A stretch of 64,000 nucleotides of DNA from contig CAWGML010000001.1 of NCBI GenBank assembly GCA_963823765.1, positions 323,642-387,641 of the forward strand, given 5' to 3'. The notes below the pieces were generated by a model that saw only the letters and a program-made list of their open reading frames with translations, was not told the origin of the DNA and did no database searches. The DNA is from Candidatus Dormiibacterota bacterium (GTDB taxonomy: Bacteria; Chloroflexota; Dormibacteria; Aeolococcales; Aeolococcaceae). Position 1 is the first letter of the stretch. The number at the start of each line of letters is the position of its first letter. This document shows positions 19,387 to 29,376 of the stretch, one piece after another. The translations under genes and the position numbers were made by a program.

Positions 19387-20804
19387 GGCAGCTGCATCGA
19401 CTTGACGAGCAGGAACTCCTCGAGCCCGTGCCGGCCGAGCTCGCGCCCATTGCCCGACTGCTTGTAACCGCCAAAGGGCGCGCTGGGGTTGAATCGCGCG
19501 CCGTTGATGTCGACCTGCCCTGTGCGCAGCCGGCGCGCCACCGCCACCGCGTGGTCCACGTCGGCCGACCACACGGCTCCCGCGAGCCCGTACCGCGTGG
19601 CGTTGGCGATGCGCACAGCGTCGTCCTCGTCAGCGCACCGGATGATCGAGAGGACCGGACCGAAGATCTCCTCCTGCGCGATCGTGGCGTCGGCCGCGAC
19701 GTCGGCGAACACGGTCGGCGCGACGTAGTACCCGCGGTCGGGGAGGCCTTGACGCTCAGGTCCGCCTGTCACCAGTCGCGCGCCCTCGGCGACGCCACGC
19801 GTGACATGGCCGAGCACGCGGTCGCGTTGCCCCGCGCTGGCAAGGGGGCCGAGCCGGGTGTTCGGGTCGGTGGGATCGCCGACCGTGTAGGCGGCTGCGG
19901 TCTGCGCGGCCAGCGTCACGACCTCGTCGTAGCGGGACGACGGCGCCAGCATCCGCGTCCACGCCGTGCATGTCTGCCCCGAGTTGAGGAAGCAGTTGGC
20001 GACCCCGACCTTGACCGCCGCACTGACGTCGGCGTCGTCGAGGATGACGTTGGCGGATTTGCCTCCGAGCTCGAGTGCGACCCGCTTCACGGTGCCGGAG
20101 GCCAGCTCGCTGACCCGGCGTCCCGCCTGCGTCGAGCCGGTGAACGACACCATGTCGACGTCGGGATGCTGCGCCAGTGCCTCCCCGACGACCGCGCCGG
20201 TGCCCGATACGAGGTTGTACACACCGGCCGGCAAACCGATGGCGTCGGCGATGTCAGCGAGCATGTGCGCTGACAGTGGTGCGACCTCACTGGGCTTGTG
20301 CACCACCGTGCAACCGGCGAGCAGCGCCGGCGCGATCTTGGCGATGCTCTGGTGCAGCGGGTAGTTCCAGGGCGTGATCGCCGCCACCACCCCGACCGGC
20401 TCGTGCACGACCATCGAGTTGCCGATGGTCTCCGTCTGATCGATGGCGCCGGCCATGTCGATGTACGACGAGAGCACCTGCAACGGCAGCCCTGTCTGGA
20501 TGGTTGTGGCGATCCTCGTCGGGGCCCCCATCTCTGCCGTGATCGAGGCCGCCAGCTCAGCCTGGCGGGCGGCGATGCCGTCGCGAAGCGCGCTCAGAAA
20601 GCGCGCGCGCTCCGCCACCGGGGTCGCCGACCATGCCGGAAACGCCCGGCGCGCAGCGCCCACAGCGCGATCGGCATCCTCGGCCGTCCCCTCGGGAACC
20701 GACCCGATCACCTCCTCGGTGGCCGGGTTCACCACCTCGAGCAGGCGATCACCGGTGGAAGGGGTCCATCGACCCCCAACGTACAGCTCGGCTGTTCGAC
20801 CCAC
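19383..20804 (-). CDS. NAD(P)-dependent aldehyde dehydrogenase
   Basis: 473 aa with [22 protein letters not shown] and CTAWTRM (catalytic Cys region). Confidence 0.9.
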   Translation of the reverse strand: MGRTAELYVGGRWTPSTGDRLLEVVNPATEEVIGSVPEGTAEDADRAVGAARRAFPAWSATPVAERARFLSALRDGIAARQAELAASITAEMGAPTRIATTIQTGLPLQVLSSYIDMAGAIDQTETIGNSMVVHEPVGVVAAITPWNYPLHQSIAKIAPALLAGCTVVHKPSEVAPLSAHMLADIADAIGLPAGVYNLVSGTGAVVGEALAQHPDVDMVSFTGSTQAGRRVSELASGTVKRVALELGGKSANVILDDADVSAAVKVGVANCFLNSGQTCTAWTRMLAPSSRYDEVVTLAAQTAAAYTVGDPTDPNTRLGPLASAGQRDRVLGHVTRGVAEGARLVTGGPERQGLPDRGYYVAPTVFADVAADATIAQEEIFGPVLSIIRCADEDDAVRIANATRYGLAGAVWSADVDHAVAVARRLRTGQVDINGARFNPSAPFGGYKQSGNGRELGRHGLEEFLLVKSMQLP

Positions 20805-20883
20805 GCCGTCCCTCCGTCACTTTGCGAGGGCACAGTATCGGACGCCCGGACCGCGGGCCGGCCCGCGCACCTGTGCAAGCGCG

Positions 20884-21261
20884 TCAGGACTTGTTGGCCA
20901 GCTCCTCACAGCGCCGCTGCCAGAGCAGGCGCCGCTGGCGGAATCTCTGCGCTTCGGCGACCAGGATGACGGCGTCGGTCCTGGCCACCTCGTCGTGCCC
21001 GGGTGCGGCGAGGGAGTCGAGCGCATGACCCGTGTCGCGCAGCAGGTTCTCCTTGAACTCGAGCAGCTCGTTGTAGACACCGAGCCACATCTGGGCGTCC
21101 TCCAGGTAGGGGGTGTCGAGGTCCTCGCCGGGCAGGGGATGAGCGACCATGGCGAGCCTGGCGGCCTCGTCGTAATGGGAGAAGCGCTGCTCGTGGTGCT
21201 GCGCGATCGCGTCAGCGTCGCCCGGGGGCGATTCGCCGCCCTCGACGTCCCCGTCGTGCAC
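20884..21261 (-). CDS. hypothetical protein (start uncertain)
   Basis: The C-terminal 110 aa have protein-like composition (TPYLEDAQMWLGVYNELLEFKENLLRDTGHALD...RFRQRRLLWQRRCEELANKS). The start is placed at GTG 21261; the ORF extends to 21375. Confidence 0.4.
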   Translation of the reverse strand: MHDGDVEGGESPPGDADAIAQHHEQRFSHYDEAARLAMVAHPLPGEDLDTPYLEDAQMWLGVYNELLEFKENLLRDTGHALDSLAAPGHDEVARTDAVILVAEAQRFRQRRLLWQRRCEELANKS

Positions 21262-21365
21262 CGCGATCCTCCTGCGTCTGCCTCTGCACCGGAAGCGGCC
21301 GGCGACTGGCCAGTATCGGTCGTGTGAACTCGCAAGGTCCAGTGGCGGCGTAGAGTCACCCGCTC

Positions 21366-22133
21366 GTGGAAGCATCCGGTCGGGTGGTGGTCGTCACCGG
21401 TGGCGCGAGCGGCATCGGGGCCTCGCTCTGCCGCGCCTTTGCCGAGGCCGGGGCGAAGGCCGTCGTGGTCGCGGACGTTGATGAGGAGGCCGCGAGAGCG
21501 GTGGCCGGCGAGGTCGGCGGGATCGCGGTTCGCACCGACGTCAGCCGCGAGCAGGACGTCAGGGGCCTGGTCGAGCGCATCGCGGCCACGCACGGCCGTG
21601 TCGACATCTACTGCTCGAACGCCGGCGTCGCCGTCGCAGGGGGAGAGGAAGCGTCGGACAGTGACTGGCACGCGAGCTGGGCCGTCCATGTCATGGCGCA
21701 CGTGTATGCAGCGCGGGCGGTCATCCCCGCCATGCTCGAGCGCGGTGACGGGTACATCGTCGGCACCGCCTCGGCTGCCGCGCTTCTCAACCACATCGCC
21801 TCCGCCCCCTACGCAGCCACCAAGGCAGCTGCGCTCTCGTTCCTCGAACACCTGGCGATCACCTATGGGTCACGCGGCATCAGGGTGTCGGCGCTGTGCC
21901 CACAGGGCGTGAGGACGCCGATGCTGGCGCTGGCGGGGGAGCGCGACTTCCTCGCTGACGGGGCACTCGAGCCCGAGGATGTCGCCGTGGCCGTCCTCGA
22001 GGGCATGCGCGAGGAGCGGTTCCTCATCCTTCCCCACCCGGAGGTGAAGGAGTACTTCGGTCGCAAGGCGTCGGACTACGACCGCTGGCTTCGCGGCATG
22101 CAGAGGATGCGAGAGCGCGTCGTCTCGTCCTGA
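21366..22133 (+). CDS. short-chain dehydrogenase/reductase
   Basis: VVVTGGASGIGAS, NAGV and YAATKAA motifs. Confidence 0.85.
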   Translation: MEASGRVVVVTGGASGIGASLCRAFAEAGAKAVVVADVDEEAARAVAGEVGGIAVRTDVSREQDVRGLVERIAATHGRVDIYCSNAGVAVAGGEEASDSDWHASWAVHVMAHVYAARAVIPAMLERGDGYIVGTASAAALLNHIASAPYAATKAAALSFLEHLAITYGSRGIRVSALCPQGVRTPMLALAGERDFLADGALEPEDVAVAVLEGMREERFLILPHPEVKEYFGRKASDYDRWLRGMQRMRERVVSS

Positions 22134-22699
22134 TGGAGATGCCGCTGAGGACGGGCCGCTACACACTCGGTCCCGAGCAGGGCGCCGTGACCGTCCGCAC
22201 AGGCCGCGAGGGCGCCGCCGCGCTGATGGGTCACGACCTCACGCTCGTGGTGACGCGCTGGAGGGCCACGGTGAAGGTCGACGCCACGGATCCAGCTCGC
22301 TCGACGGTGAGGGCCACCATCGACGCGGCTTCCCTGGTGGTGGTGGACGCCAGGGGTGGCCCGGTGGGCATCACCGACGCGCAGAGGGCCGAGATCGAGG
22401 CCAACATCCGCACCAAGGTGCTGCGCTCGGATCAGCACCCGGCGATCACCTTCAGGTCCACAGCGGTGAGCCGGGAGGGGAAAGGCTGGTCGATCACAGG
22501 CAACCTGGCCATCGGGCGGCGCACTCGCCCGGTGATGCTGCGCCTGCGTGTCGCCCGGTCCAAGGCGCCCCGGATCACCGCAACCACGTCCATCGTCCAG
22601 ACGGAGTACGGCATCGAGCCGTACACCGCCCTCCTCGGAGCGCTTCGGGTCAAGGACGTGGTCGAGGTGGCCGCCGAGGTGCGCCTGCCGGGAGCTTGA
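22133..22699 (+). CDS. YceI-like family protein
   Basis: 188 aa with HDLTLVVTRW...LRSDQHPAITFRST...GNLAIGRRTRPV, a typical YceI beta-barrel pattern. TGATG overlap with the SDR stop. Confidence 0.75.
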   Translation: MEMPLRTGRYTLGPEQGAVTVRTGREGAAALMGHDLTLVVTRWRATVKVDATDPARSTVRATIDAASLVVVDARGGPVGITDAQRAEIEANIRTKVLRSDQHPAITFRSTAVSREGKGWSITGNLAIGRRTRPVMLRLRVARSKAPRITATTSIVQTEYGIEPYTALLGALRVKDVVEVAAEVRLPGA

Positions 22700-22754
22700 A
22701 CTGCCGCTCCGTCATGGCGCGCACTGGTCGAGGGGGAGGGGTAGTGTTGAGCGC

Positions 22755-24153
22755 GTGACAACGGTGCTCGATGAGGGACCTGCCGTCGTCGAACAGTGGG
22801 TCGCCACCGAGCTCGGCAACAGCGCCTATCTCGTCGTCGACAAGAGTTCCGCGGATGCCGTCGTCATCGACCCTCTCCGTGACATCGACCTCTACGTGGC
22901 GACCGCCGGTGAGCACGGATGGCGCGTGCGGGCCAGCCTCGACACCCATGTGCACAACGACTTCATCTCCGGTGGTCCCAACCTCCGCGCCGCCACGGGC
23001 AGCGCCTTCATCGTCCCTGACAACGCGGGGATCACAGGTGCGGACCGCTGCGTCTGCGACGGCGACGAGGTCGCGGTGGGGTCGCTGCGCCTCCGCGCGA
23101 TCCACTCCCCGGGTCACACGCCCGAGCACATCAGCTACCTGCTCCTCGACGGCCAGGGGTCCCAGCTCGCGCTCTTCTCCGGCGGGGCGCTGATGGTGGG
23201 GACGATGGCACGGCCCGACCTGCTCGGACCGAGCTGGACGTACGCGCTGTCGCGCATGGGCCGCGACACCATGCAGCGACGTCTGCTGACGCTGCCTGAC
23301 GAGCTGTGCGTGCTGCCGACCCACGGCGGAGGCTCCTTCTGCGGCGCCGCCTCCTCCGATGTGCGCGTGACCACCATCGGTACCGAGCGTCGCGACAATC
23401 CGCTCGCCACGGCGCCGGACCTCGCCCGCTTCCTCGCGGTGCACGCCAAGCAGGGACGGTATCCCGCGTACTACGCGCGCATGGCTCCGTTGAACCGCGC
23501 CGCGCAACCCGGCGGGTCGACGGTCACCAGTGCGCAGCTCAGCCCAGCCGCTTTCGACGAGGTCGTCGCGCAGGGCGCGGTCGCGGTCGACTGCCGCGCC
23601 CACCAGGACTTCGATAGCGCCCACGTGCCAGGCTCGCTGAGCGTCCCGGTCGATGGCCCATTCTCAGCGTGGGTCGGTTGGGTGGTCGACATCGAGACCT
23701 CGGTGGTGCTGATCGCCGGCTCTGCCGAGGACGCGGAGAAGGCCGCCCGGCAGCTGGTTCGCATCGGGTTCGACCAGCCGTCTGGCTGGCTCGACGCACG
23801 CGACTGGGTCAGGGAGGGGCGGGACACGCGCAGCGTGAACCGCTGCACCATGGGTGACCTCGCCGAACGCATCCTCGACGGCGACCACCTCACCGTCATC
23901 GACGTCCGCCAGGACAACGAGTGGGCGGCCGGCCACCTTCCGGGCGCCGTGCACGGGCTGGCGCCCGACCTGTCCCGCATCTGCGAGACCCTCGACCGGC
24001 ACGCGCCGGTCGCGGTCCACTGCGAGACCGGGTATCGAGCCGCGCTCGGCGTGTCCCTGCTGCTCCGCGACGGGATCGACGGGGTCTGGCACGTCACCGA
24101 TGGCGTGGACGCCTGGTCAGCGCCTGGGCCACCCCCTGGTCACCGCCCTCTGA
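22755..24153 (+). CDS. MBL-fold hydrolase (persulfide dioxygenase-like) fused to two rhodanese domains; C-terminal frame problem
   Basis: From GTG 22755: THVHNDF (HxHxDH), HSPGHTPEH, then rhodanese modules with the active-site loop VAVHCETGYRAA. As written the frame has no stop until 25295 and runs antisense through the next gene. Removing one C from the C5 run near 24125-24135 gives ...AWSAPGPPLVTAL* ending at 24153. Confidence 0.75.
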
Positions 24154-24158
24154 CGTCG

Positions 24159-25178
24159 TCAGCTGGCCCCGGTCGCCGCCGCGAGCAGCAGGCTGGAGAC
24201 GCTGACCACCACCCACAGGACCGCACCGAGAACGAGCGGTCGGGGACCGGTCGCTCGCAGCGCACGGAGGTCGGTGCTCAGCCCGATCGCCACCAGCGCC
24301 ACGGTGATGAGGAACAGCGCGATGGCGTTGAAGGTGTTCCGCAGCGCAGCCGACGGCGGCACGATGCTCACCAGCGCGCTGGCGCTGACGAACGCCACCA
24401 GGAACCACGGAACCAGGTGCGTGACGGGCGGGAGTTGAGCGCGCCGGTCGCTGCGACGCCGTCGGCGCCACAGGGCCAGTCCGAAGCAGATGGGGATGAT
24501 GAACAGCGTGCGCGTCAGCTTGACGACGACGGCATGCTGGGCCGCCGCGGCGCCATAGACAGACCCCGCCGCCACCACCGACGAGGTGTCGTTGATGGCG
24601 GTGCCCGCGAACAGTCCAAAGGCCTGCTGCGACATCGACAGCGCGTGGCCCAGCAGAGGGAACAGCACCACGGCGACCGCGTTGAAGACGAACACGGTCG
24701 AGAGTGCGTAGGCGACATCGGCTGCGGCCGCCTCGATGACCGGCGTCACCGCCGCGATCGCGCTGGCGCCGCAGATCGCTGTGCCAACACCAACCAGCGT
24801 GCGAATGCTCGAGCGCACCGCGAGGACACGGCCGACGACCATCGCTGCGACGAGGCAGATGACCAGCGTGCCGACCAGCACCGGAAGGGATTGGGCGCCG
24901 GCGGTGACGGCATTACCCAGCGTCAGCTGCAGGCCGAGGCCGGCAACGGCCACCTGCAGCACCTGGTGACTGCAGAAGGCGATACCGGGACGCAGGCGCG
25001 GCGACGGATGCACGCAGACAGCGACGAGCACGCCGAACAGGAGGCCGATGACGGGGGCGCCGACCAGGGGTGCGAGCCTGCCCCCGGCTGTCGCCACCCC
25101 GGCGATCGCGGTGCACACGACGATGCCGAGGATCGTGGGGACACCAACTCGACCTCGTGGCGACAGCCGGTGTGGCAC
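24159..25178 (-). CDS. YeiH/UPF0324-type putative sulfate/sulfur-compound exporter
   Basis: 339 aa, about 10 TM helices, with GTAICGASAIAAV and FAGTAINDTSSVVAAG patterns. Confidence 0.75.
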   Translation of the reverse strand: MPHRLSPRGRVGVPTILGIVVCTAIAGVATAGGRLAPLVGAPVIGLLFGVLVAVCVHPSPRLRPGIAFCSHQVLQVAVAGLGLQLTLGNAVTAGAQSLPVLVGTLVICLVAAMVVGRVLAVRSSIRTLVGVGTAICGASAIAAVTPVIEAAAADVAYALSTVFVFNAVAVVLFPLLGHALSMSQQAFGLFAGTAINDTSSVVAAGSVYGAAAAQHAVVVKLTRTLFIIPICFGLALWRRRRRSDRRAQLPPVTHLVPWFLVAFVSASALVSIVPPSAALRNTFNAIALFLITVALVAIGLSTDLRALRATGPRPLVLGAVLWVVVSVSSLLLAAATGAS

Positions 25179-25320
25179 CGTGGCAGCCTACGGCCTCGCC
25201 GCGCCGGGTGCGCGATGACGTCGAGCGCCCGCGCCGCACCTCCGAACCGCGTTCACATGCGCTTCACAAGCCGCGGCGATGCTGAGGTCACGTAGCAACC
25301 GGCGTGACAAGGAGATCGCC

Positions 25321-25614
25321 ATGTACTTCCGTCCGGCAAGAACGCTGTTCGGCCTGATCGCGGTGGGCGGTGCAGTCGCGGTGGGTGTCACCACCCACGA
25401 CGCGGGCTTCACCGCGCTCACCTTCGTGGGCGGCCTGATGCTGCCCCGCATCCTCGGCTTCCGCGGGCCTCGCCTCCGCGGGGCCGGGTGCGGCGGCCGG
25501 CCTCGTGACCGGGCGCTCGGTCGTCTCGACCAGCGCATGGAGTCGTGGCATCGCCAGGCCCATGGGGACGCGGCCGGTGAACAGCCGGCGACGCCCAGCG
25601 CAGCAGGCGCATGA
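25321..25614 (+). CDS. small membrane protein, unknown function
   Basis: AAGGAG lies 7-8 nt before ATG 25321. One or two hydrophobic helices (LFGLIAVGGAVAVGV, LTFVGGLMLPRIL) then a polar tail. Located immediately upstream of the two-component system. Confidence 0.45.
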   Translation: MYFRPARTLFGLIAVGGAVAVGVTTHDAGFTALTFVGGLMLPRILGFRGPRLRGAGCGGRPRDRALGRLDQRMESWHRQAHGDAAGEQPATPSAAGA

Positions 25615-25684
25615 CCGCGACGGACCGGGTTCGCGCCACGCGATCCCGGTCCACGCCGGGCTCCGCGGCTACGATGACCGCTCC

Positions 25685-26371
25685 GTGAGGACGGTCCTGG
25701 TTGTCGACGACGAGCCCGAGATCGTGCGCATCCTTCGCGACTACCTCGAGCGCGCCGGGTTTGCCGTCGTCACCGCGTCCGACGGCGAGACGGCGATGAT
25801 GACCGCCCACCGTCACAGACCTGACCTGGTCCTGCTCGACCTCACGCTCCCCGGCCTCGACGGTCTCGAGGTCGCTCGCGCTCTGCGACGCGACACCGAG
25901 ATGCCGATCATCATGATCACCGCGCGCACCGAGGAGACCGACCGCATCGTGGGCCTGGAGTTGGGGGCTGACGACTACGTCGCCAAGCCGTTCAGCCCGC
26001 GCGAGGTGGTGGCGCGCGTGCGCGCCGTGCTGCGCCGTGCTGACGCCGCGCGCGTCGGCGCCGACGTCGTCAGGGTGGGCGAGTCGTTGGAGCTGCACGT
26101 GCCGAGCATGGAGACCACGGTCGGGGGCCGTCGCGTCGAGCTCACCGCCACGGAGTTCCAGCTGCTCCTGCACATGGCGCGCCAGCCGGGACGCGTCTTC
26201 ACGCGCGCCCAGCTTCTCGACGCCGTGCATGGCGTGGCCGTGGAGTTGTACGAGCGTGCCATCGATGCGCACGTCAAGAACATCCGCCGCAAGATCGAGG
26301 ACGATCCGCACGCCCCGCGCCGGCTCAAGACTGTCTTCGGGGTCGGCTACCGCCTCACCGAGGGCTCATGA
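25685..26371 (+). CDS. OmpR-family response regulator
   Basis: GTG 25685 (VRTVLVVDDEPEI). Receiver Asp (LVLLDLTLPGLDG), KPF, and a winged-helix C-terminus (VGYRL). Confidence 0.9.
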   Translation: MRTVLVVDDEPEIVRILRDYLERAGFAVVTASDGETAMMTAHRHRPDLVLLDLTLPGLDGLEVARALRRDTEMPIIMITARTEETDRIVGLELGADDYVAKPFSPREVVARVRAVLRRADAARVGADVVRVGESLELHVPSMETTVGGRRVELTATEFQLLLHMARQPGRVFTRAQLLDAVHGVAVELYERAIDAHVKNIRRKIEDDPHAPRRLKTVFGVGYRLTEGS

Positions 26372-27502
26372 GCCAGCATCCCCGCGGGCGGCGCGGGTGG
26401 GGGGATCGAGGTGGGCATCCGCCGCCCTGGTGGCCGCAGGATCGGCCGTGGCCACCCCGGTCGGGCGACGATTGGCGCCGCCACGGTCGCCGCATTGTGC
26501 GGCGTGCCGGGTGCGCCGCCGGCCTGCTGCTGCTTGTGCTCGGAGGCGCCGGCACCGCGTTGATCTGGTTGCTGCTCAGCGCCATGGGCGCCGTGGGATC
26601 CGCGCCGGTCGCGCGAGTCATCTCCGCAGTGGGCTTGATCCTCGGGATCGCCGCGGTGATCGCCGCCGTTATCGCGTTGCGACGGCTGTCGGCGCCGGCG
26701 GCCGGGCTCGTGGACGCGGCACGCAGGATCGAGGCCGGCGACTACTCCGCGCGCGTGCCAGTCCGCGGCCCGAGCGAGCTGCGGTCGCTGGCCCGCGCGT
26801 TCAACGCCATGAGCGGCCGGCTCGAGGCCGACGAGGCGCGCCGCCGGTCGGTGCTCGCCGATGTCGCGCACGAGCTGCGCACGCCGATCACCGTGATCCG
26901 CGGCCAGGCCGAGGGGATCATCGACGGCGTGTACCCGGGCGACGCGGAGCACCTACGCCCGGTGCTGACAGCCGCCGGCACGCTGGAGGTCCTGGTCGAC
27001 GACCTGCGCACGCTCGCGCTTGCCGAGACCGGCAGCCTGCGCCTCGAGGTGGAGACGATCGAGGTCGCCATCCTCGTGGACGAGGCACTCGCCGCGTTCG
27101 CTGACACGGCGACAGCCGCCGGCGTGCGAACTCACCTCCGCCGTCGATCCCCCGGGCATGACCCTGGCGGCTGACAGCGTGCGCCTGCGGAGCGCGCTCG
27201 CCAACCTGGTCGGCAACGCGCTGCGCCACACGCACCGCGGCGGCACCATCCGGGTGGAGGCCGAGCACACTGCGGCCGGCGTCCAGCTCACGGTGCGCGA
27301 CGATGGTGATGGGGTTCCCGCGGAGCTCGTCCCGCGGGCGTTCGACCGCTTCGTCAAGGGCGCCGACTCCCCGGGCTCTGGGCTGGGGCTGGCGATCGTG
27401 CGCGACATCGTGGAGGCGCACGGCGGCACCGTCTCCCTGACCAGCACCACGGGGCGCGGCACGGAGGTTCGCCTGGCCCTCCCTCCGGAGGGCGCCGGCT
27501 GA
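26368..27502 (+). pseudogene. sensor histidine kinase (TM-HAMP-HisKA-HATPase), frame broken once
   Basis: ORF 26368..27174 carries TM segments, HAMP and the H-box ADVAHELRTPIT, then stops after ...TATAAGV. The ATPase part (LTSAVDPPGMTLAAD...LVGNALRHT...DDGDGV...GSGLGLAIV) is in the frame of ORF 27020..27502. The junction is near 27125-27135. ATGA overlap with the regulator stop. Confidence 0.85.
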
Positions 27503-27508
27503 TGCTGT

Positions 27509-28392
27509 CTACGCGCTGAGCTCGGTCGCCACGCTCGCCATCTCGTCGAGCAGCTCACGTGCCAGGTAGCCGAGCTCGCCGATGCGTCCGCTGAGCCGCA
27601 GCCCGGACTGAGCGTGCACGTGCACCGCCCAGACCATGGCGGCGAGGGGATCGGTCCCTCGCGCCAGCAGCCCGGTGAGGAAGCCGGTGAGCACGTCGCC
27701 CGAGCCAGAGGTGCCGAGGCCGGGAGTTCCGCTCTCCTCCCGGTAGATCGGCCCTCCCGGCGCCGCCGTGAAGGTCTCGCCCCCGCGCAGGCTGACCGGG
27801 CAGCCGAACCGTTCGAGGAGCCGGCCGATGGTCCGGATCGGATCGGCGCCTGCCTCGTCGACGCTGATGTCCAGCATCGTCGACGCCTCCTTGGTGTTGG
27901 GGGTCAGCACGACCGGGCCGCCGCGGCCCGTCAGCAGACCTGGCGACACCGCCTCGAGGGCGCGCGCGTCGACGACGACGGGCGCCCGCCGGTCAGCGCG
28001 GAGCAGGGCGGAGACGAGTTCCCGGATGCCCGCCTCACTCGGCCATCCCCGGTCCGATGAGCACGGCGTCCGCGTCCGCAGCGAGCTCGACCACCCGCGC
28101 GCCGCACGCCGGGTCCGATCTCGCCGTCGCGGCCCTCGGCCAGGCCGACGACCAGCGCCTCGGGCACTGCTGTGCCGAGGTGCAGTGCCGCGGACTCGAC
28201 GGTCGCGATCTGCAGCACCCCGGCTCCAGCCCGGAGCGCCGCGATGCCGGACAGGAGCGCGGCTCCCGGCGTCTGCGTCGAACCTCCGACCACCAGCGCG
28301 CAGCCGCGCATCCCCTTGTGGGCGCTGCCATCCGGCCGCGGCGGAGCGAGCTCGCGCAGCACCGCCGGGGTCACCACCACGGTCTCGTCCAC
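27509..28392 (-). pseudogene. ADP-dependent NAD(P)H-hydrate dehydratase (YjeF C-terminal / carbohydrate kinase family), frame broken twice
   Basis: Three consecutive pieces lie in three frames. Piece 1: VDETVVVTPAVLRELAPPRPDGSAHKGMRGCALVVGGSTQTPGAALLSG...AEGRDGEI. Piece 2: DPACGARVVELAADADAVLIGPGMAE*. Piece 3: SEAGIRELVSALLRADRRAPVVVDARAL...LTPNTKEAS...GTSGSGDVLTG... The breaks are near 28110-28120 and 28035-28045. Confidence 0.8.
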
Positions 28393-28397
28393 GGCGT

Positions 28398-29162
28398 CTA
28401 CCGTGGACCGGACGGCACGTCCGACTCCCGGGTCACCTCGGCGTCGCTGCGCCGCACGTGGCTGACGTCGTTGAAGACGCGCAGCCTCATGTCTCCGCGT
28501 CGCCCGGCATTCGCGTCGTACTCGTAGATCGTCAGCGAGCAGTTGGCGACATCCTCGGCACGATCGATGGCCAGCACCTCGGCCTCGGTGAGGCGCTCGA
28601 GCAGGTACCGGAACATGAGGATCACCACCTGGTGGGTCATCAGCAGCACGCGCGCGCCGCTGTGGTCGCGGGACAGCGTGTCGAGCACGCTGCGCAGCCG
28701 CAGCGCCACGTCGCACCAGCTCTCACCGCCCGGCGGCCGGTGGTAGAACTTGCCCAGGAAGGCGCGGGCCTCCGCCTGCTCGGGAAAGCGATCGGTGATG
28801 CCGCGTCGCGTGAGCCTGTCGAGCATTCCGAACTCGCGTTCGCGCAGGCGCTCGTCAGTGAAGATGTCGACGTCTTCCGTCCCGGCGGTATGCATCGCGA
28901 TCCGGGCTGTCTGCTCCGCGCGCACGTAGGGCGAGCAGAGGATCACCTCGGGGCGCTCGCCGCGAGCCGTCTCGGCCCAGCGCCGCCCGAGTGCCGCCGC
29001 CTGCTCCTCGCCCTGCGGCGAGAGGCCGACATCCATGTCACGGACCGCGATGTCGATGAAGTCGCGATGCTCGGCCTCGGCGAGATCCCGGGCCACGTTG
29101 CCGGCGCTCTCGCCGTGGCGAGCCAGCCAGATGGTGTCGGGCCAGCGCTGGTCGGTCATCAT
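28398..29162 (-). CDS. histidine phosphatase (phosphoglycerate mutase-like) family protein
   Basis: LARHGESAGN (RHG motif), CSPYVRAEQTA, and THQVVI (the second catalytic His region). Confidence 0.85.
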   Translation of the reverse strand: MMTDQRWPDTIWLARHGESAGNVARDLAEAEHRDFIDIAVRDMDVGLSPQGEEQAAALGRRWAETARGERPEVILCSPYVRAEQTARIAMHTAGTEDVDIFTDERLREREFGMLDRLTRRGITDRFPEQAEARAFLGKFYHRPPGGESWCDVALRLRSVLDTLSRDHSGARVLLMTHQVVILMFRYLLERLTEAEVLAIDRAEDVANCSLTIYEYDANAGRRGDMRLRVFNDVSHVRRSDAEVTRESDVPSGPR

Positions 29163-29376
29163 CCTCCTCGGCCGGCTCGGGCCTCGGTCTCCCCACCGGC
29201 GCCGGGTACTCTACATCGCCGCTGTCCTGCAATCTGATACTGATGATGAGCGGACGTGGATTGTCGCGGTGCGCCGCCTGGAAGCACCGAACGCACCGCG
29301 CCCGTCAGGCGACGGCCCGTGGGAGTAGGATCCTCGTCGCGGCGGGACGGCTCGATCACCGCCTGGGGGGTGCGTC

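Noticed and set aside
22548-25295. 915-aa ORF as one giant protein
   Set aside because: Only residues from GTG 22755 to about 24130 look like a real MBL-rhodanese protein. The last 380 codons or so are low-complexity Arg/Asp/Gly sequence, exactly antisense to the YeiH-type transporter. A one-base change in a C5 run gives a normal stop at 24153.
29264-29362. Possible ZTP (pfl) riboswitch, suggested by two CCGCCTGG motifs in the leader of the secreted-protein gene
   Set aside because: The conserved 5' subdomain I remember for pfl RNAs (ACUGGCG ... GGGAAACC-type helix) is not present. The downstream gene has no link to purine or folate metabolism. The region is kept only as an unexplained structured-looking leader.
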